A stretch of DNA of 64,000 nt. It comes from Podarcis pityusensis. Lineage: Eukaryota. Location of the stretch: assembly GCA_964106645.2 (NCBI GenBank), contig OZ067046.1, one strand, 5' to 3'. This document shows positions 61,829-64,000 of this stretch, piece by piece. The notes beneath the pieces were generated by a model. That model searched no databases and was not told the DNA's origin. It was given only the letters and a program-made list of their open reading frames with translations. A program made the translations under genes and the position numbers. How positions within the stretch are numbered: position 1 is the stretch's first letter; each line of letters begins with the position of its first letter.

Positions 61829-62829
61829 AAATTTAGCTTCAGTACAGCAAAAATTTGAATGATATGGTAATAAGTGTCCAAGAATGTAGGCATGTATTTT
61901 GCTCCAATCATAAGCCTACGGGGAGGTCAATATTGCTAAAAACAATTATAATTCAGAACTGGTTTCACATCAAAGGCACTGCACCAGCATTCCTGAAAAG
62001 AGGTGCTGGAATATTGCCCTCAGGTCTTCATGCCTATATCTTGCTGCAATTGCACAGAAGCCGTGGACAGCAGTTAAGGCCAGAAAAAATAGATGTTCCG
62101 CTCTCCTGTTCCATCTTAGAGAACTGTAGTTTCATAGAGACAGCCTTCTCATGAACAGCCAGATCCCAAAAATCATGTCATCTGCCAAAACTGTTGAATC
62201 CAGAATGAACCAGAAGCTTTCTAATACAGAAGGATCCAGTATGTTCTAACTGCAGCTGCCTGAAAAAGATAAAGAACAAATATTTAAAAGGCAAGTGTTG
62301 CCAAGAACAGGTCCAGAGAAACAGGACTCCCACTATTAAAGCTCTAAAGGCCAATACTTATAGGAACAGTCCTAGGTATGGTTGCATCAAGTGTCTTACA
62401 AGTATTAGAAAACTTAAGGAATTAGCAAAATGCCCTAGCATAAACTGCCCTAGTAAGAGGAGCCAAATATGGAATGCCTGGCTCTCATTGCACAGGCAGT
62501 TCCACCAAAACTCCAGTGTCCCATACTCTGTGCTCTCTGCACCGGCAACTTTGGCACCCTGTGTTGCATACGACATATGTCTCAGATGAACTTACAGTTC
62601 ACACAGCATATTGTCTGGGTACATATTGTTTCTCTGTGCCAATAATCTCAGTTCCTAACTCGAGTCCTAGCACCAAGCACATGCTGTATAGATTTGTTAC
62701 TGCTCCAGATGTCCTTACTATGCAGCTCCAATTCTGGGCTAGAGTACCTTCACAAAGACAATTTGGGTATATTATATTTATTTTTGTTGTTGTTGTTTCT
62801 ATACTGCCCTTCATCCGAGGATCACATTC

Positions 62830-63170
62830 TTATTATTATTGGCACTGTTATTTTATTACTTATTATATTTCATCCAAAGATCACAGGGCAGTTCAAAGCA
62901 TAAAAATACAAAATGAGAATATGAAATACATAATAAAAGAAAAACATACCAATAACATCCCTCCCACAAACATATTTAAAAGGCCATAGAATGTTAATCA
63001 GCCAAAGCCTGGTAATCAAGAAACATTTTTGCCAGGTACCTAAAGACATGTAATGAAAGCACCAGGCAAGCCTCCCTGGGGAGAGCGTTCCGCAAATGGA
63101 GAGCCACTGCAGAAAAGACCTTTTCTTGTGTTGCCACCCTATGGACCTCTCATGGAGGAGACACATGAAG
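62830..63170 (-). mobile_element. L2-type LINE 3' fragment
   Basis: Frame-shifted minus translation resembles RSFSAVAPxLWNALP...FRxLxKTFLF of the L2 ORF2 C-terminus; similar remnants near 15270-15416 and 56345-56520. Confidence 0.55.
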
Positions 63171-64000
63171 AATTATTGTTTTATTAAATTTGTATACCAC
63201 CCTTTACCACCCCTTTGAATCTACAGAAGATTGAGGAATCTGTGCACAAGGCACACAATGTGGGGACTTTATCTCTTTTGTTGGCACTACTGCTGCTTGC
63301 CACCAACTGGAGGCACTCTGTACATTACCCAACAGGAAGTATACACCAGCTGCTGACCACCTTTTTTGAGCACAGAGAACTCTAAGGTTTCTTTGCTCAC
63401 TAAGGTTACTACTGGTTCCAGAGGTGTCCCTCACATTGTATTGCCTCTACATCCCATGGTGAAGCAATATTCATACCGCTACAGAACAGTTGGTTGTACC
63501 CTCCTTCCTCTCTAGAGCATCTCCCTTATTTAGTTCACCTTCAAGTGAACTCCATGAGTGAACTTTTACACAATCTTTGTACCTAGTCGTCTAACTTTGT
63601 CAGTGTCTGTCTCCATAAACATACGTACTGAGGAATGCATCACTGTTCTCTTGATTTAACACAGCTTGCATCCTGTTGACTGTCTGAGTGTGTACACCAT
63701 CGGGCAGGAGCTTCCTTCTGTCTCATGCATTAGTAGGAGTGGAGGGACCAGCCCTATGAATTAGGACAGATTATTGTTATGTCTTACCTATATAGACAAT
63801 TTGACACTGGCTGTTAGGGACTATGTACACCTGCACACTCTGCATGAAAATCATTCACCTTGTTACACATATGTTGGGAGTATGCCCTGCATATGTCCCT
63901 CAATAGATGTACCTGGCTAGCTGTCTTATGGTACCTGTCATGCACCCCAGTTTCCCTGGATCCTAGACTATGAAAGGAAGGATGATTCAGCTAAAACAAT

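Noticed and set aside
59575-64000. Further RGS12 exons
   Set aside because: No peptide matching the next RGS12 exon or the RGS/RBD/GoLoco domains was found; treated as intron.

Overview
Vertebrate genomic DNA, most likely from a squamate and probably a lacertid lizard (inferred from Sauria SINE, Squam2/Squam3-type SINEs, CR1, and Tigger/hAT MITEs). It holds three protein-coding genes. (1) Intronless ADRA2C on the minus strand (7185-8534) inside a CpG island. (2) A complete DOK7 on the minus strand, reconstructed here as 11 coding exons (53786 down to 27351, 2031 nt, 676 aa), plus a shorter exon-7 read-through form (589 aa) corresponding to the classical mammalian DOK7 C-terminus. (3) The large PDZ+PTB coding exon of RGS12 on the plus strand (57730-59574), lying after a 200-N assembly gap (54403-54602). 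The rest is intron or intergenic DNA rich in transposable elements. The most notable observations are: a four-exon DOK7 tail carrying FRS2/Gab/IRS-like YxxM, YxN and tandem SHP2-type tyrosine motifs; apparent loss of LRPAP1 and HGFAC from the usual RGS12-HGFAC-DOK7-LRPAP1-ADRA2C block, with RGS12 inverted; an overlapping uORF at the DOK7 start; and an in-frame MAASP-stop uORF before ADRA2C that resembles the mammalian N-terminus. No prokaryote-type system (CRISPR etc.) is present. Gene and repeat names come from recalled sequence knowledge, not database searches.
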